From the NCBI GenBank assembly GCA_042408215.1, contig JAYFMW010000006.1, forward strand, positions 224,001 to 288,000: a DNA stretch of 64,000 nucleotides. The letters are read 5' to 3'. The DNA comes from Microcoleus sp. Lineage in GTDB: Bacteria > Cyanobacteriota > Cyanobacteriia > Cyanobacteriales > Microcoleaceae. How positions within the stretch are numbered: the stretch's first letter is position 1; the number at the start of each line of letters is the position of its first letter. The position numbers and the translations under genes were made by a program. Under the pieces are notes generated by a model, which did not search any database, was not told the DNA's origin, and saw only the letters and a list, made by a program, of their open reading frames with translations. Of this stretch, positions 43,201-53,083 are shown one piece after another.

Positions 43201-44478
43201 CAGATACTGGGAATGACTATTGAAGATTCGTGCTTTGGAGATAGCTATGCTTTAACTTACAAGCACGGTCGAATTCGAGCTGTGGATGATCTTCACAAAG
43301 CTGGTATTGCCGAGTGTTACATTAATTTATTAGCTCAATTTCAGGTGCAAGCTAATCTGGTAGTGCCGATATTGCAAGGGGAGAAGTTGTGGGGGTTGCT
43401 GATTGCTCACCACTGCGCTGCTCCCCACCGGTGGCAGGAAATTGAGGTGGAATGCCTCAAACAAATTAGCGTGCAGTTGGCGATCGCGATCCAGCAATCA
43501 ACACTATTTGAACAAGCACAAGCTGAAATTGCCGATCGCAAACAAGCAGAGTTAGCCTTGCTGGAATCGGAAGCACGAGAACGCTCGAAGGCCCTACAGT
43601 TAGAAATAGCTATTAACCAGCTCAAAACTACTCAAGCTCAGCTAGTTCAGACTGAAAAAATGTCTTCTTTGGGTCAATTAGTTGCTGGAGTAGCTCACGA
43701 AATTAATAATCCTGTCAGCTTTATTTTTGGCAATATCAGTTACGCCAAAGATTACACAAATGATTTATTGAATATTTTGGAACTTTACCGCATTGCTTAC
43801 CCAGAATCCACAGCAGAAATTGATGCAAAAATTCAGGAAAGTGACTTAGATTTTATCAAAGAAGATTTGCCAAAATTGCTGGAGTCAATGCAGATAGGAG
43901 CCAATAGAATTCAGGAAATAGTCAAGTCTTTGCGGACTTTTTCCCGTCTGGACGAAGCGGCTTTTAAGGAGGTTAATTTGCACGAAGGAATTGACAGCAC
44001 TTTGATGATTTTGGCTCACCGTTTGAAGCCAAAAGGCGATTATCGTGGTATTTCGGTAATTAAGGAGTATGGCAATTTGCCGCAAGTGGAATGTTACTCT
44101 GGTCAACTGAATCAGGTGTTTATGAATTTGTTGAGTAATGCGATCGATGCTTTAGAAGAAGGCGCAAGCACTCTTAAATCGGCTGGCGATTCATCGCCAA
44201 TTCCGACAATTAAGCTTCGCACGGAGGTTGTTCAGGGCGAGCGCGTGCGGATTGCGATCGCAGACAGTGGTGTTGGCATTTCCGAGTCTGTGCAGCAGCA
44301 GTTGTTTGACCCATTTTTTACTACCAAACCTGTTGGGAAAGGTACTGGATTGGGATTGGCTATTAGTTACGAGATTGTAGTTAAAAAACATCAAGGAAAA
44401 TTACTGTGCAAGTCGGAATTAGGGATTGGTACGGAATTTGCGATCGAAATACCGCTCCGTCAACCGAAGGTAGAATGA
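40216..44478 (+). CDS. Sensor kinase: REC, multiple PAS, DXCF cyanobacteriochrome GAF, NtrB-like kinase
   Basis: EDSCF...IAECY GAF; AGVAHEINNPV; NLLSNAID; FDPFFTTKPVGKGTGLGL. Confidence 0.92.
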   Translation: MISVFDPTLTPGLKVLLVEDCAEDAELIQELLLESRLGKSINLTNVVRLSAAIEILSNEIFDVILLDISLPDCQQFNPLFRLQDYGINTPIVILTATDDEELAVELIAAGAQDYLVKRQVDSRLLMRTIRCAIVRQKRQAEWQENTDKVLVQEQLEASKNFLNYTIDALADPIFVKDEQHRWILVNDAFCNLLGKQRQELLGKSDYDFVPKAEADIFWQNDEQVFRTGEQNENEEIFTDTCGEKHILSTKKTAFNHTDGSKFLVGVIRDITEDRRKQLALQKSEARLSQLEERWRSLVKNIPGAIYRCQYDTDWRIEFISDEIEAISGYPAGDFIGNHRLSFANIVHSEDTAMLDRKVREAVESRQPYYVEYQIVRADGAVRWMSETGRPSYDSAGRVLWLDGAIFDITDRKQAELTLRLVTQAVESASDAIAIADLDGYSIYHNQTFIQRYGYTVEELNNSGGPAVMYAKSQELRKLFRVLRKGLPWSGEIELKDKNGEIIATQLRADCIKDSDGKPIGMMAIIADLTELKRAESALRLSQERLQLAVLGSSLGLWDWSIATGETYFDSQWKAMLGYAETEIENNVKAWENLLHPEDRLKVMSVLQTYLEGRNDLYEVEFRMLNKTGNWQWIMALGKVVEYDEWGAPLRMAGTHKDISGRVAAEAEKTQLIASLQQLAAQLQEAQKIARIGNWEFDLATGMISWSQEVFRVYGRELGLPPTPEEIVEQIHPDDRERFTEVLQRAMNEGTACDIDHRICFPLGEIRYVNTKGQALNNELGEVVRLFGTAMDLTDRKLAEIALRESEQRFRAVFEQAAIGIVQVWLDGQLLKVNQGFCNIVGYSVAELRLRTVSEISHPEDLDSEIESGSRMLAGEILNYSIEKRFLRKDGSFVWTNVTVSLVRDAFGEPSYIISVVEDISDRKLAEAILRQQLKRERLVVAILERIRSSLNLEEILTTTVAEVRQFLQTDRTIIYRFNPDWSGVVVVESVGENWIQILGMTIEDSCFGDSYALTYKHGRIRAVDDLHKAGIAECYINLLAQFQVQANLVVPILQGEKLWGLLIAHHCAAPHRWQEIEVECLKQISVQLAIAIQQSTLFEQAQAEIADRKQAELALLESEARERSKALQLEIAINQLKTTQAQLVQTEKMSSLGQLVAGVAHEINNPVSFIFGNISYAKDYTNDLLNILELYRIAYPESTAEIDAKIQESDLDFIKEDLPKLLESMQIGANRIQEIVKSLRTFSRLDEAAFKEVNLHEGIDSTLMILAHRLKPKGDYRGISVIKEYGNLPQVECYSGQLNQVFMNLLSNAIDALEEGASTLKSAGDSSPIPTIKLRTEVVQGERVRIAIADSGVGISESVQQQLFDPFFTTKPVGKGTGLGLAISYEIVVKKHQGKLLCKSELGIGTEFAIEIPLRQPKVE

Positions 44479-44495
44479 AGGAGGAAGATAAGTTT

Positions 44496-44697
44496 TGGGA
44501 ATGGGGAATGAGGAATGGGGAATGGGGAATGGGGAATGGGGAATGGGGAATGGGGAATGGGGAATTGGGAATGGGGAATTGGGAATGGGGAATTGGGAAT
44601 GGGGAATGGGGAATGGGGAATGGGGAATGGGGCTACGAGTAGGGAATTACGAATTACGAATTATTCACTCGTAATTCGTAATTCGTAATTCGTAATT
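44496..44697. repeat. Heptamer tandem repeats (GGGGAAT/GGGAATT; inverted AATTACG arrays) between convergent genes
   Basis: Read directly. Confidence 0.9.
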
Positions 44698-44751
44698 TTT
44701 AATTCTTCCCTCTGACTTCTTCCCTCTGACTTCTGACTTCAACATCTGTTT

Positions 44752-46413
44752 TTACAACATCACTGGGGAAGATTGAGGATTACTAATTGCGTGACAAATG
44801 CGATTTTTGCCTTCAGCTTTCGCTTGATAAAGGGCGCAGTCAGCGCTGTGAATTAGAGTGTCGGGAGATTGCTCCGGGGAAGGAATAGCCGTAGCAATGC
44901 CGCAACTGAGGGTAACGTAGGGCCCGATCGACGATCGCGCGTGGGGGAGTTTCAGGGTGGAGAGGCGATCGCAAATTGCCAGGGCGACAAGGTTCGCCCC
45001 TTCGGCGGTAGTGTCGGGTAGCAGTACGGCAAATTCTTCGCCACCGTAGCGGGCGGGCAAATCTCCAGCCCGCTTGACACAGGAGGCGATCGCCCCTGCA
45101 ACTTGCTGCAAGCAGTCGTCGCCGGCGAGGTGCCCGTAGAAGTCGTTGTAAAGTTTAAAACAGTCGATGTCAAACATCATCAAAGACAGGGGCAATTCTG
45201 CTCTTGCCAACCTACGCCACTCTAACATCAAAACGCGATCGAACTGGCGGCGGTTGGCCATTCCAGTCAGTCCGTCTGTAGTTGCCAGTTGCTGCAATTT
45301 TTGGTTAGCTCTTGCTAGCTGATGGTACAGTCGAGATTGTTCGATCGCGATCGCCAGTTGATTAGCCAAATGTTTTAAAAAATCTATTTCCCACTGCTGC
45401 CATTGCCTAACAGTGCTGTAATTATATGCTGTCAGTATTCCCCACAAATAATTCCGATTTGACGCGCCGGAGTCAGGCGCACTTTTCCACTGCATCTGAT
45501 GCAGACTCTCCCCCAGCATCGCCAGGGAATTTTCGGCAGAGTATTCATTTTTTTCGGCTTCCCAAACAGTGTCGTCTAGTGATTTTATTGCCGTTTCCCA
45601 GTCTCCAGATTGCCAGATTGGAACGCTTAAAACTGCTGTAATTTCACAATTTGCCAGCAACTCTTTAGAATTGCCAGCCAAGTTCGCCGCCCTGACATCT
45701 GCTATTGCTTGTACCGCATTGGAATCGGCAATAAACAGGCACGACTCCGCCAAAGCAGCACCAATATTTTGGTTGTCAATATAGCCGGATGGCAAACCGT
45801 CATCTGCGACGATCGCGCTTTTTTGCTCTTGGCTATCGAGTTGAGGCTCCGAATTCTGACAGCGATAAATTAAAACCCGGTCTGTTTTGAGAAATTGGCG
45901 CACTTCTGCGACGGTATTTTGGAGAATACTTACCGTGTCTATTGACGATCGAATGTTTTCGATTATTTTGCCCAAAAGTCGCTCTCTTTGGGCTTGTTGG
46001 CGCAGTTGTTCTTCTATCTGTTGACGTTCGATCGCGTAGTGGATTGCCCGCACCAGCAGAGTTCTCTGAAATCTTCCCTTTACCAAACAATCTTGAGCAC
46101 CCGATCGCAATACCGACAGCGCCGTATTTTCATCGTTAATATCTGTCAGCACCACAATTGGTACTGTGGGCGATCGTGCTTTCAGAATCGAGATCGCGTC
46201 ACTTCCCCCCAAGTCGTCTTGCACTGACAAGTCTAAGATGATCGCGTCAAACTCTACTGCTTCCAGACACTTTACCGCTGCTGAGAGAGAGTGAACAGTT
46301 TCAAAACAAAACAGAGCCTCACTGAATGACCCTAAAAGGTCTTGGAGCAGCGCTGCATCTGAGGGATTTTCCTCAACCAACAGAATTTTCAGAGATTGCT
46401 TACTGGTTAACAC
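44752..46413 (-). CDS. REC-GAF-GGDEF diguanylate cyclase
   Basis: DAIILD; split GAF; DGLTGMANRR, DIDCFKLYND.YGH..GD, RAGD I-site, RYGGEEF. The track start at 46479 lies in the IS end, so GTG 46413 is used. Confidence 0.88.
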   Translation of the reverse strand: MLTSKQSLKILLVEENPSDAALLQDLLGSFSEALFCFETVHSLSAAVKCLEAVEFDAIILDLSVQDDLGGSDAISILKARSPTVPIVVLTDINDENTALSVLRSGAQDCLVKGRFQRTLLVRAIHYAIERQQIEEQLRQQAQRERLLGKIIENIRSSIDTVSILQNTVAEVRQFLKTDRVLIYRCQNSEPQLDSQEQKSAIVADDGLPSGYIDNQNIGAALAESCLFIADSNAVQAIADVRAANLAGNSKELLANCEITAVLSVPIWQSGDWETAIKSLDDTVWEAEKNEYSAENSLAMLGESLHQMQWKSAPDSGASNRNYLWGILTAYNYSTVRQWQQWEIDFLKHLANQLAIAIEQSRLYHQLARANQKLQQLATTDGLTGMANRRQFDRVLMLEWRRLARAELPLSLMMFDIDCFKLYNDFYGHLAGDDCLQQVAGAIASCVKRAGDLPARYGGEEFAVLLPDTTAEGANLVALAICDRLSTLKLPHARSSIGPYVTLSCGIATAIPSPEQSPDTLIHSADCALYQAKAEGKNRICHAISNPQSSPVML

Positions 46414-46702
46414 AATTATAGCGATCGGATCGGGTTGACGGAAACTTTTTAGATTGACAGACGGGAATCCCCACACCAATGGTGACAGCTTGTGGTTGGT
46501 GTGGGATGGACCAGAAGGGTCAACCTAGCCACGGAGTTGACCAAATTTGTGTATACTGAGAAATAGTAACAGGAATCGGCAAGCAAATGAGGACTGCATA
46601 CCAGTACAAACTACGCCCCACAAAGTCACAAGCCATTGAGATTGACAGATGGCTGTCGATGCTTTGCGCTCAATATAACTATTTGTTGGCCGATCGATTT
46701 AA

Positions 46703-46866
46703 TACCAATTTAATGAGTCGTTGCATAGATCTCGATCCCCCTAAATCCCCCTTAATAAGGGAGTAGGGTGTGAGTAGGGGGTGACGAAAGAGCAGAATCT
46801 TGTTCCCCCCTTATTAAGGGGGGTTAGGGGGGATCAGATTCTACGGGGCCTCATAAAAAACTGGTA
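46703..46866. mobile_element. MITE nested in tnpB, TAA target duplication
   Basis: TAA|taccaatt...aactggta|TAA; removal restores ...CGA TTT AAC TGG TAC. Confidence 0.85.
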
Positions 46867-47013
46867 TAACTGGTACGAGCAAAACCGTTCTCCGATTAAT
46901 GCTTGCCCTCTGGTTTGTCACCTACCTGAATTACGAGATAACCCAGATTATTACAGTCAGAAAAAGACGCTACCTCAACTCAAAAAATCCCGTCCTTGGT
47001 ATGCCGAGATTTA

Positions 47014-47172
47014 TACTAATTCTCAAAACTCATGCAACAGTATCTGTAGGGTGCGTCGCCATCCTTAAATCTTAAAGAATATCCACAATCTTTGAGCGAC
47101 GCACCTTACACGAGCGGGTGAGCGTAAACAAACCCACACTCATCATTCTTGCAAGACTTTAGAGAATTGGTA
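47014..47172. mobile_element. Second MITE nested in tnpB, TTA target duplication
   Basis: TTA|tactaattctc...gagaattggta|TTA; removal restores ...GAG ATT TAC TCT CAA. Confidence 0.85.
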
Positions 47173-48156
47173 TTACTCTCAATTCCTCCAAGATGTAGTC
47201 AAGCGAGTAAAGGTTACGTTTGATAGATTTCTTAAGGGAGATAGCAATGGAAAGCGTAGCGGTAGACCTCGTTTCAAGGCACGCAATCGTTACCGAACTT
47301 TCACTTATCCCCAGATCAAAGACGGATGTCTGCAAGACAAATTAATAAATTTGCCAATGTCCGGAAAAGTTAAGGTAATCTTACATCGCCCTCTGCCTGA
47401 TGGGTTTGAGATTAAAACTGCCTCCATTACCAAGAAATCTGACGGATTGTATTTGACACTTTCACTGGAAGACAAGACTGTTCCCGAAATTAAACCAGAC
47501 TTCAACCCAGATCAAATCACTGGAATTGATGTCAAGCTGAAGGAATTCTTGACAACTTCATCAGGCGAAACGGTTGCCATTCCTCAATATTACCGCAAGG
47601 CACAAAAACACGGGTAATCCAGAAGCGTGTTTCACGACGCAAAAAAGGAAGCAGCCGTAGGCAAAAAGCAGTTAAACAACTGGGAAAGCAACACAAGAAA
47701 GTTGCAGATAAGCGCAAGGACTTTCACTTCAAGACGGCTAATTACCTGCTGTCAAAATACGACGTAATCGCAGTTGAAGATTTAAACGTCAAAGGACTTG
47801 CTAGTACAAAATTGGCTAAATCTGTGTTGGATGCTGGGTGGTCAAGCTTTCTGTCAATACTAACAAATAAAGCCGCAAATGCTGGGAAAGTTGGTAGTCC
47901 CAGTAAGCGCCTATAACACTTCACAAGATTGCTCCAATTGTGATGAGAAAGTACCTAAACAACTGCCGGAAAGATGGCACGATTGCCCTCATTGTGGGTG
48001 CAGTCTTGACCGCGATCGTAATGCAGCTATTAACATTAAAAACAGAGCGGTAGGGCATTCCGTTCTTAAAGCGCAACGCCTCCTAAGCGATAGCCGGATT
48101 GGTTGCGAAGCCTACACCAATGGTGACAGCTTGTGGTTGGTGTAGGAGATGTCACC

Positions 48157-48612
48157 TTACAAATCTTCGGGTGGGAGCGAAACGATTTCAAACCAATACT
48201 GACACAAAGTCTTCATTACTTCAACCAATCCTTCAAAAGTGACTGGTTTGGATATAAAAGAATTGGCACCCAAGCGGTAGCAAAGCAAGATATCTTCACT
48301 GCTGTGCGACGTTGTAAGAATCACGATCGGGATTTGTTGCAAGTCGGAGTCAGATTTAATCAAAGTTAGCGCTTCTCGCCCGTCCAGCCTCGGCATATTC
48401 AGATCTAAAAGTATCAGGTCTGGGCGATACCAATTGCTGACACCCGCATATCCTCCGCGACAGTACAAATAGTCTAGCACCTGTTCCCCATTCTCAACAC
48501 ATTCGATCCTAATTGTTAATCTCACTTCTCGCAGTGCTTCCAGCACCAGAAAGCGCGCGTCTTCGTCGTCATTCGCCATTAAAATAGTAAATTTTTTATT
48601 TTTATAACTCAC
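48157..48612 (-). CDS. Single-domain response regulator (Rcp1-like)
   Basis: PDLILLDLNMPRLDG, IPIVILTTS, GANSFISKP, YWFEIVSLP. Confidence 0.9.
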   Translation of the reverse strand: MSYKNKKFTILMANDDEDARFLVLEALREVRLTIRIECVENGEQVLDYLYCRGGYAGVSNWYRPDLILLDLNMPRLDGREALTLIKSDSDLQQIPIVILTTSHSSEDILLCYRLGANSFISKPVTFEGLVEVMKTLCQYWFEIVSLPPEDL

Positions 48613-49509
48613 GGCTTTGCCTCACTACCAAAGGCTTTTGTGAAGAGACGGGACTTGGGTGAACATTCGGGTGCCTGCAAATATAATAGGCTATAATTGG
48701 CCAAAATCTGGATAAACATACTGAGTTGGGAACGCACCAATTTATGTATTTGCCTTGCTCGTAAACCGAAGCCGCCAATGGTTTCACTACTTCAGTTGCT
48801 CCCAAAACTGGCCAGCAGCAAAGACATCACAAATACTTGCCTACGAGAGCCTCTGGAAACTAGACTAGGCACAACTGAGACCCCCTCGATACAGTTAAAA
48901 CAACCGGACAAGTTTGGCACATACCCCTGGTCAATTTTCATCATAATTGAGTGATCGACACTTATAATAATGGATTTTTTTTTCTATGTCATCAGTGAAT
49001 ATGCTACATTTTTTTGCACTTTTGTAAAGATATTATAAACTTATTTAAAGCTTAAGTGGAAGGTCATCGGAAGGCAGAGGGCAATTACTAATTACCAATT
49101 ACCAATTACCGATTATAGCAGATCTTGAAGGAAGAAGGCTATAGCGGCGAAGCTGAGCGGGTAAAAAGAAGTCGATGGGTCAATGCAATTACTGGCAATG
49201 GTTTCAGCGATTAAGAATGTCCTGACCGCCGCTCAGGTTTCTATACCAATTACCAATGACCAATTACCAATTACCAATTACCAATTACCAATGACTACGG
49301 ACTTCGGGAGGCACAGTCAGAGAAACATAAAAAGTTGAGCCTCGATCTGGCTCTGATTCTAGCCAAATGCGGCCACCTTGCCGATCGACAATTTTTTGAC
49401 AAATTGCTAAGAAGTAAGTAAATCCACTTAATTAAACGTAAGATACAGGTGGCGAAAAAGCTGGCTGTATGAGCATTCTTCCGACTTCCATTTCTCGACT
49501 TCCATTTCT

Positions 49510-49685
49510 CTTCTACTTAACTGCGACTGTAGCCGTTGGAAGTTTTGCTTTTTTAGCTGCTGTTGCAGTTTTTTTAGGGAGACTTGCTTGTCGATGCGCG
49601 AGCGAATTTCTGCTACTTTAAATGGTTTGGCAATCTAGTCGGCTCCGCCCACTCTCAAAACTTGTAATTTATCGTTAATATCTGA
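49510..49685 (-). pseudogene. Receiver-domain C-terminal fragment with internal stop
   Basis: Reads DINDKLQVLRVGGAD*IAKPFKVAEIRSRI...LKKLQQQL. Confidence 0.6.
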
Positions 49686-49724
49686 TTATAAAATCAATTT
49701 AGTTAAACGCACTATCCTGTCGAG

Positions 49725-50905
49725 TCAGTAATCGGCGAGCAAATCCTTTAAACCATCAGCTAAAGTTGGATGACTTTCACAGATGCGATCGACAATTTGA
49801 ATCGCCAACTCTTCATTAACATCATTAGCAGCTTCGTCAAGTTCCTTTACCCAATTATCAGGCATCTCCGTCAGCAAAGGCAAGAAAAATGAATCCGGTT
49901 TTTCGCTAACAAAATAACGCCGACTAGCAGTCGATTTCAATGCAGGCAACTCTCGATCAAAATAACGCACTCCCAAGTAGTAAGCCATCTTTTCAAATAG
50001 GATCTCTTCTTGAAAAGGTTTCCACACAAAATCGTCGCAACCTGCTGCGATTATTTCGCCTTTCCTTTCCTCAAAAGTGCTGGCAGTCAGAGCTATAATT
50101 ACCGTTCGCGGCTGAGTTGCTTTCTCTACCTCTCTAATTTTTCTGACTGCTTCAAAACCGTCCATCACTGGCATTCGCGTATCCAGCCAAATTAGATGAG
50201 GCTGCCAACTTTCCCAGAGTTCAACCGCTTGGTGGCCGTTTTCGGCTTCTCGGACTTCAAAGCCAATTGGTTGCAGCATTTTAACTAGCAACAGCCGATT
50301 TTCTTGATTGTCGTCAACTACTAAAATCCGATAAACTGGTTGCTCCGGTTCTAGTCCGATCGCCCGCTGCAATCTTGTTACCGTTACTTCCGACGAATCT
50401 GCGAGAGATATTTTGATCTTAAATTTAAAAGTTGTTCCCTCACCTAAAATACTGCTGATCCCAATATTTCCGCCCATTATTTCCACGTATTTTCGAGTAA
50501 TTGTTAAACCCAAACCAGTCCAGACCGCCGTTCTTTTGCCCGCTTATGTTTGCACAAAAGCATTAAATCAAGTGCCTATTTCTGCTGCTATTATGCCAAT
50601 TCCAGTGTCTTCAACTTCAAAGGCAATTAAATATTTTTCCGCCGAGATCGAGTTAGGAATAATTTCTGTTTCTCCTGGCTGCTGCTCATTTTCCCTGCTC
50701 GCACGCATTGAAATGCTGCCGCCTTCGTCAGTAAATTTAATTGCGTTTCCCCGCAGATTAATTAAGCAGACGCGCAGCTTTTTATCGTCGGTTTTGATAG
50801 ATTGGGGAACCTGCGATCGCACCGAAAATCTCAGTTGCAAATTTTGGGTTTCAGCTTTGATTTGAAACATCTCTTCGAGAGTGTCGAGGAGTTGATAGAT
50901 GTCTA
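49725..50905 (-). pseudogene. 5'-truncated, frameshifted hybrid histidine kinase (HATPase-REC)
   Basis: Fragments 50568..50870 (NLRGNAIKFT, VEDTGIG) and 49725..50513 (LVVDDN, WLDTRMP); no H-box or sensor part. Confidence 0.8.
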
Positions 50906-51113
50906 GATCGCTCTGTTAACGGATTATTGCTCAATGCAGACATTAATGGTGCAGCAAATATCATCATAAAATCTCAAGTAGCCACAGACTCAATAATCTC
51001 GCTGTGTGGGTAGGGGGTTGCTGACTAACCCTTTAAGAATCCAACTTTTTGTGGATTCATCCCAAAAAGTTTGTCCTCAAGAATCCCCGTGTAAGCGTAA
51101 CCGGGAGTGTCAA
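50906..51113 (+). mobile_element. tnpB 3' remnant with right end
   Basis: Reads NGLLLNADINGAANII; ends AAGAATCCCCG...CGGGAGTGTCAA. Confidence 0.75.
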
Positions 51114-51125
51114 ATTTGCCCAGGA

Positions 51126-51186
51126 TTCTCAATAATCACCCTGCCCAGAAATGTTTACACACAGAGGCCGGGTGATTATTGAGAAT
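51126..51186. terminator. Long hairpin downstream of the small ORF
   Basis: TTCTCAATAATCACCC...GGGTGATTATTGAGAA arms. Confidence 0.6.
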
Positions 51187-51247
51187 TAAGAATTATTTGG
51201 TTTTGAGTTAACAGGTACTACTTATCTCTCTTTGCTTCCAGCAGGCG

Positions 51248-51367
51248 CTACTCACCCAATCGGGTTATTTTAGCGCTGCGCTCTGCCAACATCAGTAGCA
51301 AATAAATAGTCATTACATAGCCCGCGGCCAGAATGGGAATAATTAGAGGAATATCACGGTAAATCAT
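51248..51367 (-). CDS. Putative 39-aa single-TM small protein
   Basis: MIYRDIPLIIPILAAGYVMTIYLLLMLAERSAKITRLGE*; below the ORF-track cutoff; followed by a hairpin. Confidence 0.55.
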   Translation of the reverse strand: MIYRDIPLIIPILAAGYVMTIYLLLMLAERSAKITRLGE

Positions 51368-52028
51368 AATTAGAACCAAAAGTCAAGGATGAGGAGGAGC
51401 ATCAGGACAAGTTCAAGACCTACTACATTAAGTCAGCACGCAAGACTAAGCCTTGGTTCTGAAGGGTGCTTTTCCAGATCAAGCTATCGGGAACATTTAA
51501 ATGTTCCCTGTCAATCATCATTTACTGCTTGACAGATGCTCAAACACACTAAAGTCATCCACTTTAGCTGCTTTGAGCTACTGTGCACATAAGATGCGCT
51601 ACTTTTAACTCCTGAAAATTTTCAGATCCTAGGAACTAAAAATCTCTCTCAGAAATTTTGGCTGCGATCGGACTAACAAGGCTGGCTCTACGAAGATCCT
51701 ACAGGTATCTCAAAGCTACCTGCCAGTCTAGCTGTACTTGTCTAGCCGTACTTAATGTATGGAATTGTTTAAATCCTTAATGCTTATTGTAGCACAGGGT
51801 TTCTGGGATTTAGAGATTTTTGAGCAGTGTCCTTAACAATTCGTTACAATAGGGAAACTCCTGTGGCCGCGGGCCGATCGCCGGAGGCAGTCGGGTGAGG
51901 AGGGCCGGTGGCCGATCGCAAATAACTGCCGATCGAATAGATTTTTCTTCCCTATTGCAGAGAATTACCTTAAAATAAAGATATGATATGTAAAATTTTG
52001 TTACTTTACGGCTTGAGTCGGCGTATCC

Positions 52029-53000
52029 ATGATCTCTAGCACTCTCCTATTTTCCTCGGTTGAAGAAGACCTGCAACTGTTGACAGAAAACTTGAAACAG
52101 TTAGTGGGTGCCCGTCATCCCATTTTGTACGCGGCTGCGGAATACTTATTCGGCACAAAGGGAAAACGGGTGAGACCCGCAATAGTCTTGTTGGTCGCCA
52201 AGGCGACGATGCCCGATCGGGAAATCACGGAAAAACACCGTCGCCTCGCCGAAATCACGGAAATGATCCACACAGCAAGTCTAGTCCACGACGACGTGGT
52301 GGACGAGTCGGATCTGAGGCGGGGAGTGCCGACGGTTCACAGTCGGTTTAACAATCGAGTGGCAGTATTGGCGGGAGATTTTCTGTTTGCTCAATCCTCC
52401 TGGCATTTGGCAAATCTGGACAACCTGCCAGTAGTCAAACTGCTTTCAGAAGTGATTATGGATTTAGCAGAAGGGGAAATTCAACAGGGACTAAATGGAT
52501 TTGACACCAGTTTGTCGATCGAAGCGTACCTAGAAAAAAGTTATTACAAAACAGCCTCTTTAATTGCCAACAGTTCCAAAGCAGCGGGCTGTTTGAGCGA
52601 GGTTTCAGCGGAAATAGCAGAGGATTTGTACAACTACGGTCGCCACATTGGTTTGGCATTCCAAATAGTAGATGATATATTAGATTTCACCGCTTCAACG
52701 GAAACTTTGGGGAAACCCGCCGGTTCGGATCTGATCGGCGGTAATCTGACAGCGCCAGCACTATTTGCCCTGGAAGAAAAACCTTACTTGGAAGTTCTCA
52801 TAGAACGGGAATTTGCTCAAGATGGAGATCTAGAGCAGGCCCTGGCACTGGTGGAAGATTCTCAAGGCATAGAGCGATCGCAAGCACTAGCCACACAGCA
52901 CGCACAGCAAGCAGTCGAATACTTAGCTGCGCTACCGCATTCAGAATCCCGCCAAGCTTTGATTGATTTGGCAGATTACGTTTTGAGCAGACTTTATTAG
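52029..53000 (+). CDS. sds: Solanesyl diphosphate synthase
   Basis: GKRVRP, HTASLVHDDVVD, YYKTASL, AFQIVDDILD; 323 aa. Confidence 0.92.
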   Translation: MISSTLLFSSVEEDLQLLTENLKQLVGARHPILYAAAEYLFGTKGKRVRPAIVLLVAKATMPDREITEKHRRLAEITEMIHTASLVHDDVVDESDLRRGVPTVHSRFNNRVAVLAGDFLFAQSSWHLANLDNLPVVKLLSEVIMDLAEGEIQQGLNGFDTSLSIEAYLEKSYYKTASLIANSSKAAGCLSEVSAEIAEDLYNYGRHIGLAFQIVDDILDFTASTETLGKPAGSDLIGGNLTAPALFALEEKPYLEVLIEREFAQDGDLEQALALVEDSQGIERSQALATQHAQQAVEYLAALPHSESRQALIDLADYVLSRLY

Positions 53001-53083
53001 AAGTCAGAAGTCATTAGTCATTAGTCATTAGTCAGTGGTGATTGGTTATTTGTTATTTGTTACTCGCTTGGGGCTGCTAATAA

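Larger units (their letters stand above)
46587..48145 (+). pseudogene. tnpB: tnpB pseudogene (two MITE insertions plus frameshifts)
   Basis: [12 protein letters not shown]...[15 protein letters not shown]...[17 protein letters not shown]...ITGIDV...IAVEDL...CSNC..CPHC..DRDRNAAINI. Confidence 0.88.
46459..48155 (+). mobile_element. IS200/IS605-family tnpB element, degenerate, inserted 1 bp past the response regulator stop codon
   Basis: The same hairpin acaccaatggtgacagcttgtggttggtgt lies near both ends; right end GATGTCAC; left flank TTGAC. Left boundary tentative. Confidence 0.8.

Noticed and set aside
44406..44642. GNGEWGM-repeat ORF
   Set aside because: Translation of a heptamer array.
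48620..49480. Short ORFs or a c-di-GMP riboswitch upstream of the response regulator
   Set aside because: No recognisable domain or riboswitch motif; contains AATTACC heptamers.
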